Positions 1 through 9,217 of a stretch of DNA of 64,000 nt are shown piece by piece. The notes under the pieces were generated by a model that was given only the letters and a program-made list of their open reading frames with translations, was not told the origin of the DNA and did not search any database. The position numbers and the translations under genes are program-made. The DNA lies in NCBI GenBank assembly GCA_030065015.1, contig JASJDU010000002.1, positions 14,615 to 78,614 of the forward strand. Direction: 5' to 3'. The DNA is from Candidatus Caenarcanales bacterium (GTDB lineage Bacteria; Cyanobacteriota; Vampirovibrionia; Caenarcaniphilales; Caenarcanaceae). The stretch's first letter is position 1; every line of letters begins with the position of its first letter.

Positions 1-215
1 TAATTCCCAGACCTAATATGGTAAACCTTTTCGTTAAATCAATTTCATCCATCTTTCATAACTTTCAGGCAATCCTGAATTGTGCATTATTGCACATTAT
101 TGATATTCCTTTTGGGAAAACCCTTTAATCCATAAAACAAAAAAATGCTGAAGACCCGATCCTCCCAGAAGTAATTTGGGGAACATCCTCAGTAGTTGGA
201 TTATGGTAATTAGGA

Positions 216-1175
216 ATGGGTCAAAAACCACAGAAGAAGTTGCAACGTCAAGTTCAGAATAATGAGAGAAGCGATTTAGAGATTGAAGAAATTCCCGAAG
301 AAGAACTAAATTTAGAAGAATCAATAACCGGTTTAGATGATTCTGTTCAACTGTATTTGAAAACAATTGGAAAAATCTCTTTATTATCGGCTGAAGAAGA
401 AATTAGATTGGCCAAAGATATTGCTTCTGACAATTCTGAAAAATCAAAAAAAGCCTGCAATAAGTTGATTCAAGCAAATCTTCGTTTAGTGGTGTCAATT
501 GCAAAAAGGTATGCATCTAATTCTATTCCTCTTTTAGATTTAATTCAGGAAGGAAACACTGGATTGATGAAAGCAGCAAAGAAATTTGATTATGAATTGG
601 GATACCGTTTTTCAACTTATGCAACTTGGTGGATTAAGCAGGCTATTACTAGGAGCATAAATGAGAAGGAGAGGGCGATTAGGATTCCAGCACATGTTCT
701 GGATCAGATAAACAAGCTAAGAAAAACAGTTGATAAATTAACCAGAGAATATGGAAGGCCTCCCTCGGAGCAGGAGTTGTCCTCTAGCTTGGATTTCTCT
801 ATGGCTGATGTTAAGCTTTGGAAGGAGATTGAGAATGAGACACTCTCCTTGGAATCTCCAATTAATAAAGAGCATGAAGGAACTTTAAGTGAAGTAATAA
901 GCGACCTGGATGAGAAGACACCCGAATCGGAACTGCAGCATAAATTGCTCAAGAGAGACCTGTTGAAATTTTTGAATCAACTTGAAGAAGAGGAGCGCAG
1001 TATATTGGAGTTGAGGTTTGGTTTTAATAGAACCGAAACTTATCATTCCATTGAAGAGGTGAGTAAAGTTCTTGACATAAGTAGAGATAGAGTGAGGAAG
1101 GTAGAGTTTAAGGCCTTGAGAAAGCTTAAAAATATTATGGGAAGCGATATAAAAGACTATCTTCGAACATTTTAA
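216..1175 (+). CDS. RNA polymerase sigma-70 family factor (RpoD/RpoS-like, short form lacking a long region 1.1)
   Basis: Regions 2-4 recognisable: [49 protein letters not shown], and a C-terminal [23 protein letters not shown] at 216 with a GGAA-rich RBS. Confidence 0.85.
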   Translation: MGQKPQKKLQRQVQNNERSDLEIEEIPEEELNLEESITGLDDSVQLYLKTIGKISLLSAEEEIRLAKDIASDNSEKSKKACNKLIQANLRLVVSIAKRYASNSIPLLDLIQEGNTGLMKAAKKFDYELGYRFSTYATWWIKQAITRSINEKERAIRIPAHVLDQINKLRKTVDKLTREYGRPPSEQELSSSLDFSMADVKLWKEIENETLSLESPINKEHEGTLSEVISDLDEKTPESELQHKLLKRDLLKFLNQLEEEERSILELRFGFNRTETYHSIEEVSKVLDISRDRVRKVEFKALRKLKNIMGSDIKDYLRTF

Positions 1176-1283
1176 GTGTGTTAAATAAAAATGATATCTA
1201 TGACTTGGTCTTCAAAAAAGCTTTTAATGTAGGATTAGTAATTAATGAAATGACCCATTGATTATCTTCGAAATTCTTTTAAT

Positions 1284-2291
1284 ATGTCTTCAACTCTGAC
1301 AAAAATTTATCCCTTAAAATACACCGGAAATTCATTGAAGGTTCTCGACCAGAGGAAATTGCCAGCTGAAGAAATTTATGTAGAGTGTAGTACTTATAAC
1401 GAGGTTATCCAGGCAATACAAAATATGTTGGTCAGAGGTGCACCTGCAATTGGTTTTGCTGGAGCTTGGGCTTGTTGTCTTGCTGTTAAAGCAGTTGATG
1501 ATAAGAGAGATTTACTTCGAATATTTCACGAGATTGAGTTAGCAAGACCTACTGCAGTTAATCTGAGCAAAGCAATTCGCCGAATGGAGAAGTGTTTAAT
1601 TGAGAAAGGTGCTGGGTCTCTGGAGAATGAAGCAGAAGCTATTTATAAAGAAGATATTGAAATGTGTAATATTATGGCTTCTCATGGTTTAACTGTTTTA
1701 CCTAACAAAAGTGAATTTACATTGCTCACACATTGCAATACTGGCTCTTTGGCAACAGCGGGAATCGGCACGGCTTTGGGAGTAATAAAATTCTTGGTCC
1801 AACAAAATAAGAAAGTGCACGTATATGCGACTGAGACAAGGCCATATTTGCAAGGGGCGAGACTAACTGCTTGGGAACTTCAAAAATGCGGGATTCAAGT
1901 TAGTGTATTACCAGATTCAGCTGTGACCTATCTAATGAAAACAGCAAAGATAGATGCTGTGTATGTTGGTGCTGACAGAATTGTCTCTAATGGTGATACT
2001 GCAAATAAAGTTGGAACCTATATGATTGCACTTGCTGCTCAAAGAGAAAAGGTGCCTTTTTATGTTGTTGCACCAAGTACAAGTTTTGATCTAAATCTAC
2101 AATCCGGGGAAGAAATAGAGATTGAACAGCGCTCAAGTAAAGAATTAAGTGAGTTTAATAATAAACAGATTTGTCCATCTGGAATTGATTTTTACAACCC
2201 CGCTTTTGACATAACACCCAGTGAATTGATTAGTGGGTACATAACAGAAAAGGGTGTTTTAAACGTAAGTAAATTTAAGTACAATTTCTAA
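1284..2291 (+). CDS. mtnA: methylthioribose-1-phosphate isomerase (eIF-2B alpha/beta/delta-like family)
   Basis: Motifs GAPAIGFAGAW, THCNTGSLATAGIGTALGVI, ETRPYLQGARLTAWEL, GADRIVSNGDTANKVGTY are typical of MtnA. ATG at 1284. Confidence 0.8.
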   Translation: MSSTLTKIYPLKYTGNSLKVLDQRKLPAEEIYVECSTYNEVIQAIQNMLVRGAPAIGFAGAWACCLAVKAVDDKRDLLRIFHEIELARPTAVNLSKAIRRMEKCLIEKGAGSLENEAEAIYKEDIEMCNIMASHGLTVLPNKSEFTLLTHCNTGSLATAGIGTALGVIKFLVQQNKKVHVYATETRPYLQGARLTAWELQKCGIQVSVLPDSAVTYLMKTAKIDAVYVGADRIVSNGDTANKVGTYMIALAAQREKVPFYVVAPSTSFDLNLQSGEEIEIEQRSSKELSEFNNKQICPSGIDFYNPAFDITPSELISGYITEKGVLNVSKFKYNF

Positions 2292-2310
2292 GTTTCAGTC
2301 CAACAACTTA

Positions 2311-3534
2311 TCATCTTCCCCTGCAGTACTCTATATAATTTTTATAATTATTGAGTGTTTCATCTATAGAGTCTCCTCCAAATTTTTGTAATAGTTGATC
2401 GGCTAAAATAAAAGCGGCCATAGCCTCGCAAACAACACCACCTGCTGGTACCACACAAACATCAGAACGCTCATAAAAAGCTACGTCGTTTGCTTTCTTG
2501 TATAAATCAATTGACTTCAGCGAGTCTTTCTCGGAACGAGCAAGAGTGGGAATTGGTTTTAAAGCAATTCTACAAACTATTTCTTCTCCATTAGTCATCC
2601 CACCTTCTATACCACCTGCTCGATTGGTTAAATGCTTATAATTACTTTTCTCTAAAATATTTTCTTCTTTTACCTGAATCTCATCGTGAACTTGAGAACC
2701 CGGCAATATTCCTGCTTCAAAGCCAATCCCAAAAGATACTGCTTTTACGGTGTGGATTGACATTAATGCTTGGGCAAGAATACCATCCAGCCGTCTGTCC
2801 CAGTGAACATGACTACCTATACCTATTGGCAGTCCAGACACAATTAATTCAACTATTCCACCTAAACTTTCACCCTGTTTTCGAGAATTATCAATCTCTT
2901 GTTTCATGAGCTCAGTAGTTAATTTACTTTTACACCTCATATCGGAAGACTCTACTTCTTTAAATTCTTCTTCCGAGAGTCTTCCGCAGTATTCCTGAGG
3001 TAAGGATGTGGAACCCACCTGAATGACGTGACTCCTTACTGTTACACCAAAGGAATCTAGTAATTTGTGTCCAACCGCACCAGCTGCAACGCGTGAAGTT
3101 GTTTCTCTTGCGCTGGATCTTTCGAGAACATTACGAACGTCTTCATGCCTATACTTTATTGCTCCGGCAAAATCAGCGTGACCTGGTCTTACCTTTGTAA
3201 TATATTTTTGTGCTAGTTTTTCCTTTACTTGTTCTTCTTGCTTATTGACTGGAGAGGGGTTCATTACAACTATCCAATTCTCATAGTCTTTGTTTGCAAT
3301 TTGTAAGGAAATCGGACTACCAATAGTAAAACCATGGCGAACACCAGCGGTAAAAGAGACCCGATCTTTCTCTATCTTCATTCTGGCGCCACGACCGTAA
3401 CCACCTTGCCTTCTTTGAAGATGATGGTTAATGTCTTCTTCTAACAACTCTAATCCGGAGGGCATTCCTTCTACTATTATTGATAAACCTGGTCCGTGAG
3501 ATTCACCTGCTGTAAGAAAACGCAATTTACTCAT
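2311..3534 (-). CDS. aroC: chorismate synthase
   Basis: MSKLRFLTAGESHGPGLSIIVEGMPSGL and RRQGGYGRGARMKIE are canonical AroC. The ORF track starts 20 codons upstream; the ATG at 3534 matches the conserved N-terminus. Confidence 0.9.
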   Translation of the reverse strand: MSKLRFLTAGESHGPGLSIIVEGMPSGLELLEEDINHHLQRRQGGYGRGARMKIEKDRVSFTAGVRHGFTIGSPISLQIANKDYENWIVVMNPSPVNKQEEQVKEKLAQKYITKVRPGHADFAGAIKYRHEDVRNVLERSSARETTSRVAAGAVGHKLLDSFGVTVRSHVIQVGSTSLPQEYCGRLSEEEFKEVESSDMRCKSKLTTELMKQEIDNSRKQGESLGGIVELIVSGLPIGIGSHVHWDRRLDGILAQALMSIHTVKAVSFGIGFEAGILPGSQVHDEIQVKEENILEKSNYKHLTNRAGGIEGGMTNGEEIVCRIALKPIPTLARSEKDSLKSIDLYKKANDVAFYERSDVCVVPAGGVVCEAMAAFILADQLLQKFGGDSIDETLNNYKNYIEYCRGR

Positions 3535-3937
3535 TTTTATTGATAGAGTTTTTGTGAAGAATATACAAGTTTCCCAGGATAGCAAATACACCAAAAGTAA
3601 TTATAATTACAGCTGGCATTAACTTCCCTGTGTTGATAATTCTGGTTATAAAAAAGCCTAGTAAGGCAACGGAGAGGACCGTCGATAGATAATAACCCCA
3701 AACTCTTGGAGATTCTTTCTTCTCAATATCTTTTTCTGAGCTGGCAAAGAAATCAGTTCCCCAGATAGTCAGCATTAGTAAGTTCCCAAAAAACAAACCA
3801 GCTGAAAGAGAGGGTAAGCTTCCAGCTTTAAAGTATCCCATTAAGCCTCCCATAACAACTATGATTCCGAAGAATAAATTGTAAAGTGGAACCACCTTAT
3901 TTAACTTGTATATTTGGGGTTTATTTTTATCGTTCAT
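3527..3937 (-). CDS. small integral membrane protein (4 predicted TM segments), function unknown
   Basis: ATG at 3937. Hydrophobic segments throughout. Its stop overlaps the aroC start, suggesting co-transcription. Confidence 0.5.
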   Translation of the reverse strand: MNDKNKPQIYKLNKVVPLYNLFFGIIVVMGGLMGYFKAGSLPSLSAGLFFGNLLMLTIWGTDFFASSEKDIEKKESPRVWGYYLSTVLSVALLGFFITRIINTGKLMPAVIIITFGVFAILGNLYILHKNSINKNE

Positions 3938-3945
3938 ATGTGAAT

Positions 3946-4242
3946 TTAAGAGTTAACTAGTAGATCTATTTTTTGTGCAAGCTGAAAGTCTTTTTCTGTA
4001 ACCCCTCCAGCATCATGAGTGGAAATACTAACAATTACTTTAGCGTATTTAATGAGAATATCAGGATGATGGTTAGCTTCTTCAGCTTTTTGAGCTACTT
4101 TATGAACAAAACCTATGCCTTCAAGATACTTATTGAAACTAAATTCTTTTTGAATAATATTTGGTTCTGTTCCTAATCCTTCAATTAATTTCCAGCCAGT
4201 ATATTTCTGAATCTCTTTATTTATTTCTTCAAGGGTGAGCAT
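3946..4242 (-). CDS. pterin-4-alpha-carbinolamine dehydratase
   Basis: EEANHHPDILIKYAKVIVSISTHDAGGVTEKD matches the PCD/DCoH signature (E-x-x-x-H-H-P ... H-D/E). The internal ATG (MLTLEEI) gives the typical ~99 aa size; the ORF-track start is TTG. Confidence 0.8.
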   Translation of the reverse strand: MLTLEEINKEIQKYTGWKLIEGLGTEPNIIQKEFSFNKYLEGIGFVHKVAQKAEEANHHPDILIKYAKVIVSISTHDAGGVTEKDFQLAQKIDLLVNS

Positions 4243-4389
4243 TAATTTATAGTTTGACTTTAAGTCTAGATTACACAAATATAAAATTCTACGTCAAATT
4301 AATTAACTGAGCTAAATTCTTTTTCAATAGCTGGCTTTTTGAGAGTTTTCAACATAAAGGTTTAAGCTGTCTCCAATCAACTGTGACTA

Positions 4390-4407
4390 AATTCAATTGA
4401 TTGAATT
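4390..4407. promoter_or_regulatory. 8-bp inverted repeat with 2-nt spacer (AATTCAAT-tg-ATTGAATT), about 85 nt upstream of the first TadE-like gene; candidate operator
   Basis: Perfect dyad read directly from the sequence, in a 215-nt AT-rich intergenic region. Confidence 0.25.
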
Positions 4408-4493
4408 AAATATTTAGGGTTCTCTCCTTCTTTATTAGTAGAAGCAGGGGAAAACATTGTGAAAATTTGAAATGGAAAAGGAATTTCATAATT

Positions 4494-5582
4494 ATGAATA
4501 GATGTATTTTCTTAAAGCGCTTTTTAAAAGACGAAAAGGGCGCTGTTAACGAATTCTTAGGATTAATATTCTTTTTATTAATTATTTTTTGTGTTCTTAT
4601 ACCAATGATAGTTGAGCTTCTTGCTTATACCGGCCAAGCGCAAGAAGCAGATCGTCTTACAAAGATTGCAGCAAAAAGAGCTTGTACATTATTAGCTAAT
4701 CCTACAATTGGGGTTGCAGGAGATTTAAAACAAGGCAGTTTAGGTATGGCTACTAGCATCAATATTATGCAGCCTTTAGTTAATCAAGTCTTTCGCAATG
4801 AAGCTTCTCATCCTGAGGAGTATTTTCAAAATACCGTCGATGGGGAAAATATTGATTTGAAAGTTTTCGATCTTGCAGGGGAAGAAATACGTCTTTCTGA
4901 TAGAAGTAACTGGGTTGAGGCGGAAGATCCAGATGGGAATAGAAGAGAGTTATTGTTAGTTGGGACAAATACAGAAGCTTCTCTTTGCCCTTCGGGAGCA
5001 AATGCTCAGGGGGGGTGGAAATACTGCTTGGAAGGTAATGATGATCTAGTAAAACAACAGTTGAGGAATACTGGGATAAATGAAAAGAACGCTGACTTGA
5101 TTCAGCGTATGGAAAGGTTTCAAGCCGGTAGGTGCTTGGAAGGAGAGAATTGCCGAAATGATTTTATTGGTCGAATAGATCGTTGTACAGTTTGTGTAAC
5201 AAAGACTAGGCAGTCAATATTTCAAAGAACATTCTTTCGACATATTCTTTCATGTCAAAATTCGCAAGATAGCAGAATGATTCCCTGCGCAATATCCACT
5301 TGTGCAACGGAGAAACTCACTAGAGCTAGCACGAAGAGAGGATATAATCCAGCCTATCAAGATAGGAAGAATTTGGGTAACCAGTTTAATGCAATTGAGG
5401 TCAATTATAGAGAGCAACAAAACGAACAAAATACTCTTCTTAAAGAGAAGACTAGGATGGACGATCAAAGACAGAAGGCCGCTAACGCGCAAGATAAGGA
5501 GGGGACCAATAATTTATTTCATGATATGAGATGTCAGTTCTTATCAGTTGATGACCCTGCTGCTGAAGGATGTTGGGACTGA
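4494..5582 (+). CDS. TadE-like (Flp pilus assembly pseudopilin-like) Cys-rich membrane-anchored protein, paralog A
   Basis: N-terminus GAVNEFLGLIFFLLIIFCVLIPMIVEL matches the TadE motif (G-x-x-x-V-E-F + TM). Shares long conserved blocks with the next gene (NQAQE.D.LTKIAAKRAC; MQPLVN.VF.NEAS.PE.YF.NT.DG.NI; GLCPSG; WKYCL; GRC..GENCR.DF.GR.DRCTVC.TK.RQSIF.RT). ATG at 4494 preferred over TTG at 4467. Confidence 0.6.
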   Translation: MNRCIFLKRFLKDEKGAVNEFLGLIFFLLIIFCVLIPMIVELLAYTGQAQEADRLTKIAAKRACTLLANPTIGVAGDLKQGSLGMATSINIMQPLVNQVFRNEASHPEEYFQNTVDGENIDLKVFDLAGEEIRLSDRSNWVEAEDPDGNRRELLLVGTNTEASLCPSGANAQGGWKYCLEGNDDLVKQQLRNTGINEKNADLIQRMERFQAGRCLEGENCRNDFIGRIDRCTVCVTKTRQSIFQRTFFRHILSCQNSQDSRMIPCAISTCATEKLTRASTKRGYNPAYQDRKNLGNQFNAIEVNYREQQNEQNTLLKEKTRMDDQRQKAANAQDKEGTNNLFHDMRCQFLSVDDPAAEGCWD

Positions 5583-5721
5583 ATGGATTTGTAATGATAT
5601 TGCTTGAATCTAGAGTGATTTAGAGCTTTTGTAAATCTTTTCTAATATAGCTCTCTCAAATAACCTACAACAAGGATGGCCCCGAGAATTCTCCTCTGAA
5701 TAGAGGAAATTAATATCCATA

Positions 5722-7581
5722 ATGAATTGGGTTGCAAAAAGATCTGTACGTAAAATTTTTAATTCTTTAATTCAAGAGGAAGATGGTGCCATCTATGAAT
5801 TTCTTGGATTGATAATGTTTTTGTTTATAGTTCTGGGCTTTCTTATTCCTTTATCAATAGAGTTGTTTATATATAGCAATCAAGCTCAAGAACTAGATAA
5901 GCTGACCAAAATTGCGGCCAAAAGAGCTTGTAACTTAATGCCTATCCCATCTCAAGGAATAGGCAGTGATATTAATCAAAGTTCTTTGGGGATTGGAACT
6001 GATGTTAGGGTAATGCAGCCACTAGTAAATGCGGTATTCCAGAATGAGGCTGCGTCTCCGGAATCGTATTTTGAGAATACAGAAGATGGCCAAAATATTA
6101 ATTTCAAGATATTAGACTTCCTTGGACAAGAAATCGATAAAACTGATTTTATTGATATTACCGATAGAGATGGTAACAAGGGACAAAGCTTAATGGTTGG
6201 TTCAAATACTGATACGGGATTATGTCCTTCAGGAGGAGGTGGTAATTGGAAATATTGTCTTAGTGATGATAATGCTGCAAAAGAGGCCTTGATGAAAACA
6301 GGGCAGCCAGAAAACGAAGATCTGGTTGCAAGAATGGAAATGTTTCAACCGGGAAGGTGCCCCCCTGGAGAAAATTGTAGAGAGGATTTTGCCGGAAGAC
6401 TAGACCGTTGCACTGTGTGTGCTACAAAGTCTCGCCAATCAATATTTTCTAGAACTGTTTTCTTGAGCAAAATTCTATTCCTTGATTGTAGCGAAAGTGA
6501 TAATGTAACGATACTTCCCTGCAAAATGACCTCTTGTGCAACCTCAAAATATCTTCAGTTTAGTGGTAAAAGAGGGTACGCTCCACACTATAGAGATCCC
6601 GTAAACCTTGGACAAACCTTTAGGGCTTTAGAGGGTAACCCTAATGTTCAGAGTCAAGCTTTATCGTCCGGTAAGGCAGATCAGAGTTTATTTTGCTTAA
6701 TGCTTAAAGGAGTTGGTGCAAAGGGAATGTTCGACAATTTGCTAGGGAGTGATGCTTGTGGTGGTGGATCTTTAACCGGTGTTGCCGGAGATCTTGCAGG
6801 AGGAGTCACAGGTGCAGTTGGAGGGGTTGCAAAGGAGGTAAATAGCGCAGCAGGTAATCTTACCGGTGGAGTAACAAATGCGGTTGGAGGTATTACAAAT
6901 GGAGTAAATAATGTTGCAGGTAATCTTACCGATGGAGTAACAAATGCAGTTGGAGATATTAAAAACGGGGTGAATGGCATAACAGGTGATTTGACGAGTG
7001 GAGTTACAGATGCCGTTGGAGATGTTACAAACGATATTAACTCGATTCAAGGAGAGATTAACAATGTTCAACAAACCTTTGGAGATGTTGTGACCACTGG
7101 TTCTGTTGGAGGCGGTAATTCTGCTGGTACAACCATAGGGGATGCTTCATGGGATCAGTTCGATTCACCGGGTACTTTTACTTGCAGTGGAAGTGGCTCT
7201 CTGGAGGATCAGGTGTGCAATGCTGCTCTTGAAAGGGATAATGCCCTTGAGCAATCTGAAAGAAATTTGGTTAGGGAATTGGATACCTTAGTGAGTAAGT
7301 ACTCAAACAGTTTAGGTTCTCCTGAACATATAGCTGAGGTTAATGCAGCAAGAGAACAAGCAAAGGTCCAAGAATCTTCGATTAATCAAGCGTATGATGA
7401 TTTTGTTGATTCGTTGTCATCCAATGCTGTTGCCGATGCGTCTCAGGAGACATCAAATGGTGATTTGGCTCAAGAAACAGGGGAAGCGATTGGTAGCGTG
7501 ACTGGTACTGAAGTTGGTTCTAATATCGGTCCAGATGTTCAGGATCTTGTTAGTACTAATACAGCTTCGTCTGGTACTTAA
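5722..7581 (+). CDS. TadE-like Cys-rich protein, paralog B, with Gly/Asn/Val-rich 22-aa tandem repeats and a C-terminal acidic/Ser-rich tail
   Basis: ATG at 5722 with an AGAGGA RBS. N-terminus DGAIYEFLGLIMFLFIVLGFLIP. Same conserved Cys blocks as paralog A, then repeats (AGNLTGGVTNAVGGITNGVNNV)x~4. Confidence 0.65.
   Translation: MNWVAKRSVRKIFNSLIQEEDGAIYEFLGLIMFLFIVLGFLIPLSIELFIYSNQAQELDKLTKIAAKRACNLMPIPSQGIGSDINQSSLGIGTDVRVMQPLVNAVFQNEAASPESYFENTEDGQNINFKILDFLGQEIDKTDFIDITDRDGNKGQSLMVGSNTDTGLCPSGGGGNWKYCLSDDNAAKEALMKTGQPENEDLVARMEMFQPGRCPPGENCREDFAGRLDRCTVCATKSRQSIFSRTVFLSKILFLDCSESDNVTILPCKMTSCATSKYLQFSGKRGYAPHYRDPVNLGQTFRALEGNPNVQSQALSSGKADQSLFCLMLKGVGAKGMFDNLLGSDACGGGSLTGVAGDLAGGVTGAVGGVAKEVNSAAGNLTGGVTNAVGGITNGVNNVAGNLTDGVTNAVGDIKNGVNGITGDLTSGVTDAVGDVTNDINSIQGEINNVQQTFGDVVTTGSVGGGNSAGTTIGDASWDQFDSPGTFTCSGSGSLEDQVCNAALERDNALEQSERNLVRELDTLVSKYSNSLGSPEHIAEVNAAREQAKVQESSINQAYDDFVDSLSSNAVADASQETSNGDLAQETGEAIGSVTGTEVGSNIGPDVQDLVSTNTASSGT
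6849..7046 (+). repeat. three tandem 66-nt direct repeats (with degenerate flanking copies) inside the paralog B CDS
   Basis: gcaggtaatcttaccggtggagtaacaaatgcggttggaggtattacaaatggagtaaataatgtt is followed by two near-identical 66-mers. Antisense ORFs 6681..6980 and 6772..7074 are artefacts of this repeat. Confidence 0.8.
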
Positions 7582-7669
7582 AATATGATCCATTTGTTGA
7601 ATTCTGAAACCTTATTGTAAAAGCTTGTACGGTAAAATTGAGAATTGTATTTTGACAAACTCAACATCT

Positions 7670-9217
7670 ATGAAACTTGTATGGGTTCTAGGAGATCAAC
7701 TCAATCAAACAACAAATCTTTTTCAAAATCTCAACAGAAACGATTTAATCCTATTTATTGAATCGTACAAGTTTGCTCATCAACACTTACATCATAAGAA
7801 GAAGCTAATATTTCAATTTAGTGCTATGAGGCACTTTGCCGAAGACCTAAGAATGCAAGGCTATAAAATTAAGTATATTAAGTTCGATGATGATGTCGGA
7901 AAAAATTGCGACTTTATAGAAGCGTTAAAGACTGTTTTAAAAGAAGAAAAAATAAAATCAATAAAGATAATGGAAGCCGCAGATTATGACTGCTTAGAGT
8001 TGCAGAATAACCTTCAAAGCATATTAAAAAATGTCGAAATCGAAATTGTCGAAAACAATCTCTTCATTTCAACAAAAAAAGATTATGAAAGTCAACTTAA
8101 TTCAAATAAAAAAAAGTTTTTGATGGAATCTTATTATCGTTATCTTCGCAAGAAACATAAAGTTCTAATGGATGGAGATGAACCAATTGGAGGGGCATGG
8201 AACTATGATAAAGAGAATAGAAAACCACTGAAAAACATAAAAACTCAGGAGATAAAGCACCCACCAAAATTAACGCAAGATAAAATAACTGCTGAAGTAA
8301 TTCAGTTAGTAGAAGAATATTTCCCCGAGCATTATGGGAATTCGGAAAATTTTTGCTACTTTGTGAATCGAAGACAAGCTTTATGCTGTCTAAAAAGTTT
8401 CATTGAAAACTCTTTAGCTAATTTTGGTGATTATCAAGATGCGATGAATGATGATCATACTTATTTGTATCATTCTCTTCTTTCGTATTTAATGAATTTT
8501 GGACTTCTCCATCCACAAGAAGTAATTCAGGCCGTAGAAAAAGCTTATCATTCGAATCCTTCTCTCTACCCAATCAATTCAGTTGAAGGCTTCATTAGGC
8601 AAATACTCGGCTGGAGAGAGTTCATTAGAGGCATTTATATTACCCAAATGCCGAAGTACAAAGAACTCAACTTCTTTGAGAATAAGAACAAATTGCCCTC
8701 TTTTTTCTGGTCGGGTGAGACTAATTTAAATTGCCTGAAGAACTCAATCGGTCAAACAATCAATGATGCTTATGCTCACCATATTCAGCGTTTAATGGTA
8801 ATCGGTAATTTTTGTCTTTTGGCGGATATTAATCCACAGGAAGTTTGTGAATGGTATTTAATTGTTTATGTTGATGCTCTTGAATGGGTTGAACTTCCAA
8901 ATACTTTGGGAATGAGTCAGTTCGGAGATGGTGGCTTGTTTGCTACTAAACCTTATATAAGTTCGGGCAAATATATAGACCGAATGAGTAATTATTGTAA
9001 GAGTTGTGAGTATGACGTTAAAGAAACTACAAGCGAGAATGCCTGCCCATTCAATTATTTATACTGGAATTTTCTTCAATCAAAACAAGCTCATTTGAAA
9101 TCAAATCATCGTATGGGAATTGCAATGAAAAATCTCAAAAACAAAAAATCTGATGAGCTGAGCAAAATTCAGGATCTGAGTTGTAAGTTTTTAAAAAGTT
9201 TAGAAATTAGTGAATAA
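7670..9217 (+). CDS. FeS-BCP type cryptochrome/photolyase (PhrB/CryB-like, putative bacterial (6-4) photolyase; COG3046)
   Basis: KLVWVLGDQL...HHKKKLIFQFSAMRHFAEDLRMQGYKIKYIKFDD closely parallels the Agrobacterium PhrB N-terminus. C-terminal CKSC-x12-C is consistent with the [4Fe-4S] ligand cluster. The ORF track starts at TTG 7625; the first ATG is at 7670. Confidence 0.8.
   Translation: MKLVWVLGDQLNQTTNLFQNLNRNDLILFIESYKFAHQHLHHKKKLIFQFSAMRHFAEDLRMQGYKIKYIKFDDDVGKNCDFIEALKTVLKEEKIKSIKIMEAADYDCLELQNNLQSILKNVEIEIVENNLFISTKKDYESQLNSNKKKFLMESYYRYLRKKHKVLMDGDEPIGGAWNYDKENRKPLKNIKTQEIKHPPKLTQDKITAEVIQLVEEYFPEHYGNSENFCYFVNRRQALCCLKSFIENSLANFGDYQDAMNDDHTYLYHSLLSYLMNFGLLHPQEVIQAVEKAYHSNPSLYPINSVEGFIRQILGWREFIRGIYITQMPKYKELNFFENKNKLPSFFWSGETNLNCLKNSIGQTINDAYAHHIQRLMVIGNFCLLADINPQEVCEWYLIVYVDALEWVELPNTLGMSQFGDGGLFATKPYISSGKYIDRMSNYCKSCEYDVKETTSENACPFNYLYWNFLQSKQAHLKSNHRMGIAMKNLKNKKSDELSKIQDLSCKFLKSLEISE

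Noticed and set aside
97-366. 89-aa minus-strand ORF overlapping the sigma factor 5' region
   Set aside because: Antisense to a well-supported gene start region, low-complexity Leu-rich translation, no RBS.
704-952. 82-aa antisense ORF inside the sigma factor gene
   Set aside because: Fully embedded in the opposite strand of a conserved CDS.
3973-4176. 67-aa plus-strand ORF
   Set aside because: Embedded antisense in the pterin dehydratase gene.
6849-7046. Possible CRISPR-like array
   Set aside because: Repeats are contiguous with no spacers, in-frame within a CDS, and not palindromic. No cas genes are present.
6681-7074. Two minus-strand ORFs (99 and 100 aa) with repetitive PTAFVTP / ICNxSN translations
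   Set aside because: Artefacts of the 66-nt tandem repeat inside the TadE-like paralog B coding sequence; I do not treat them as independent genes.
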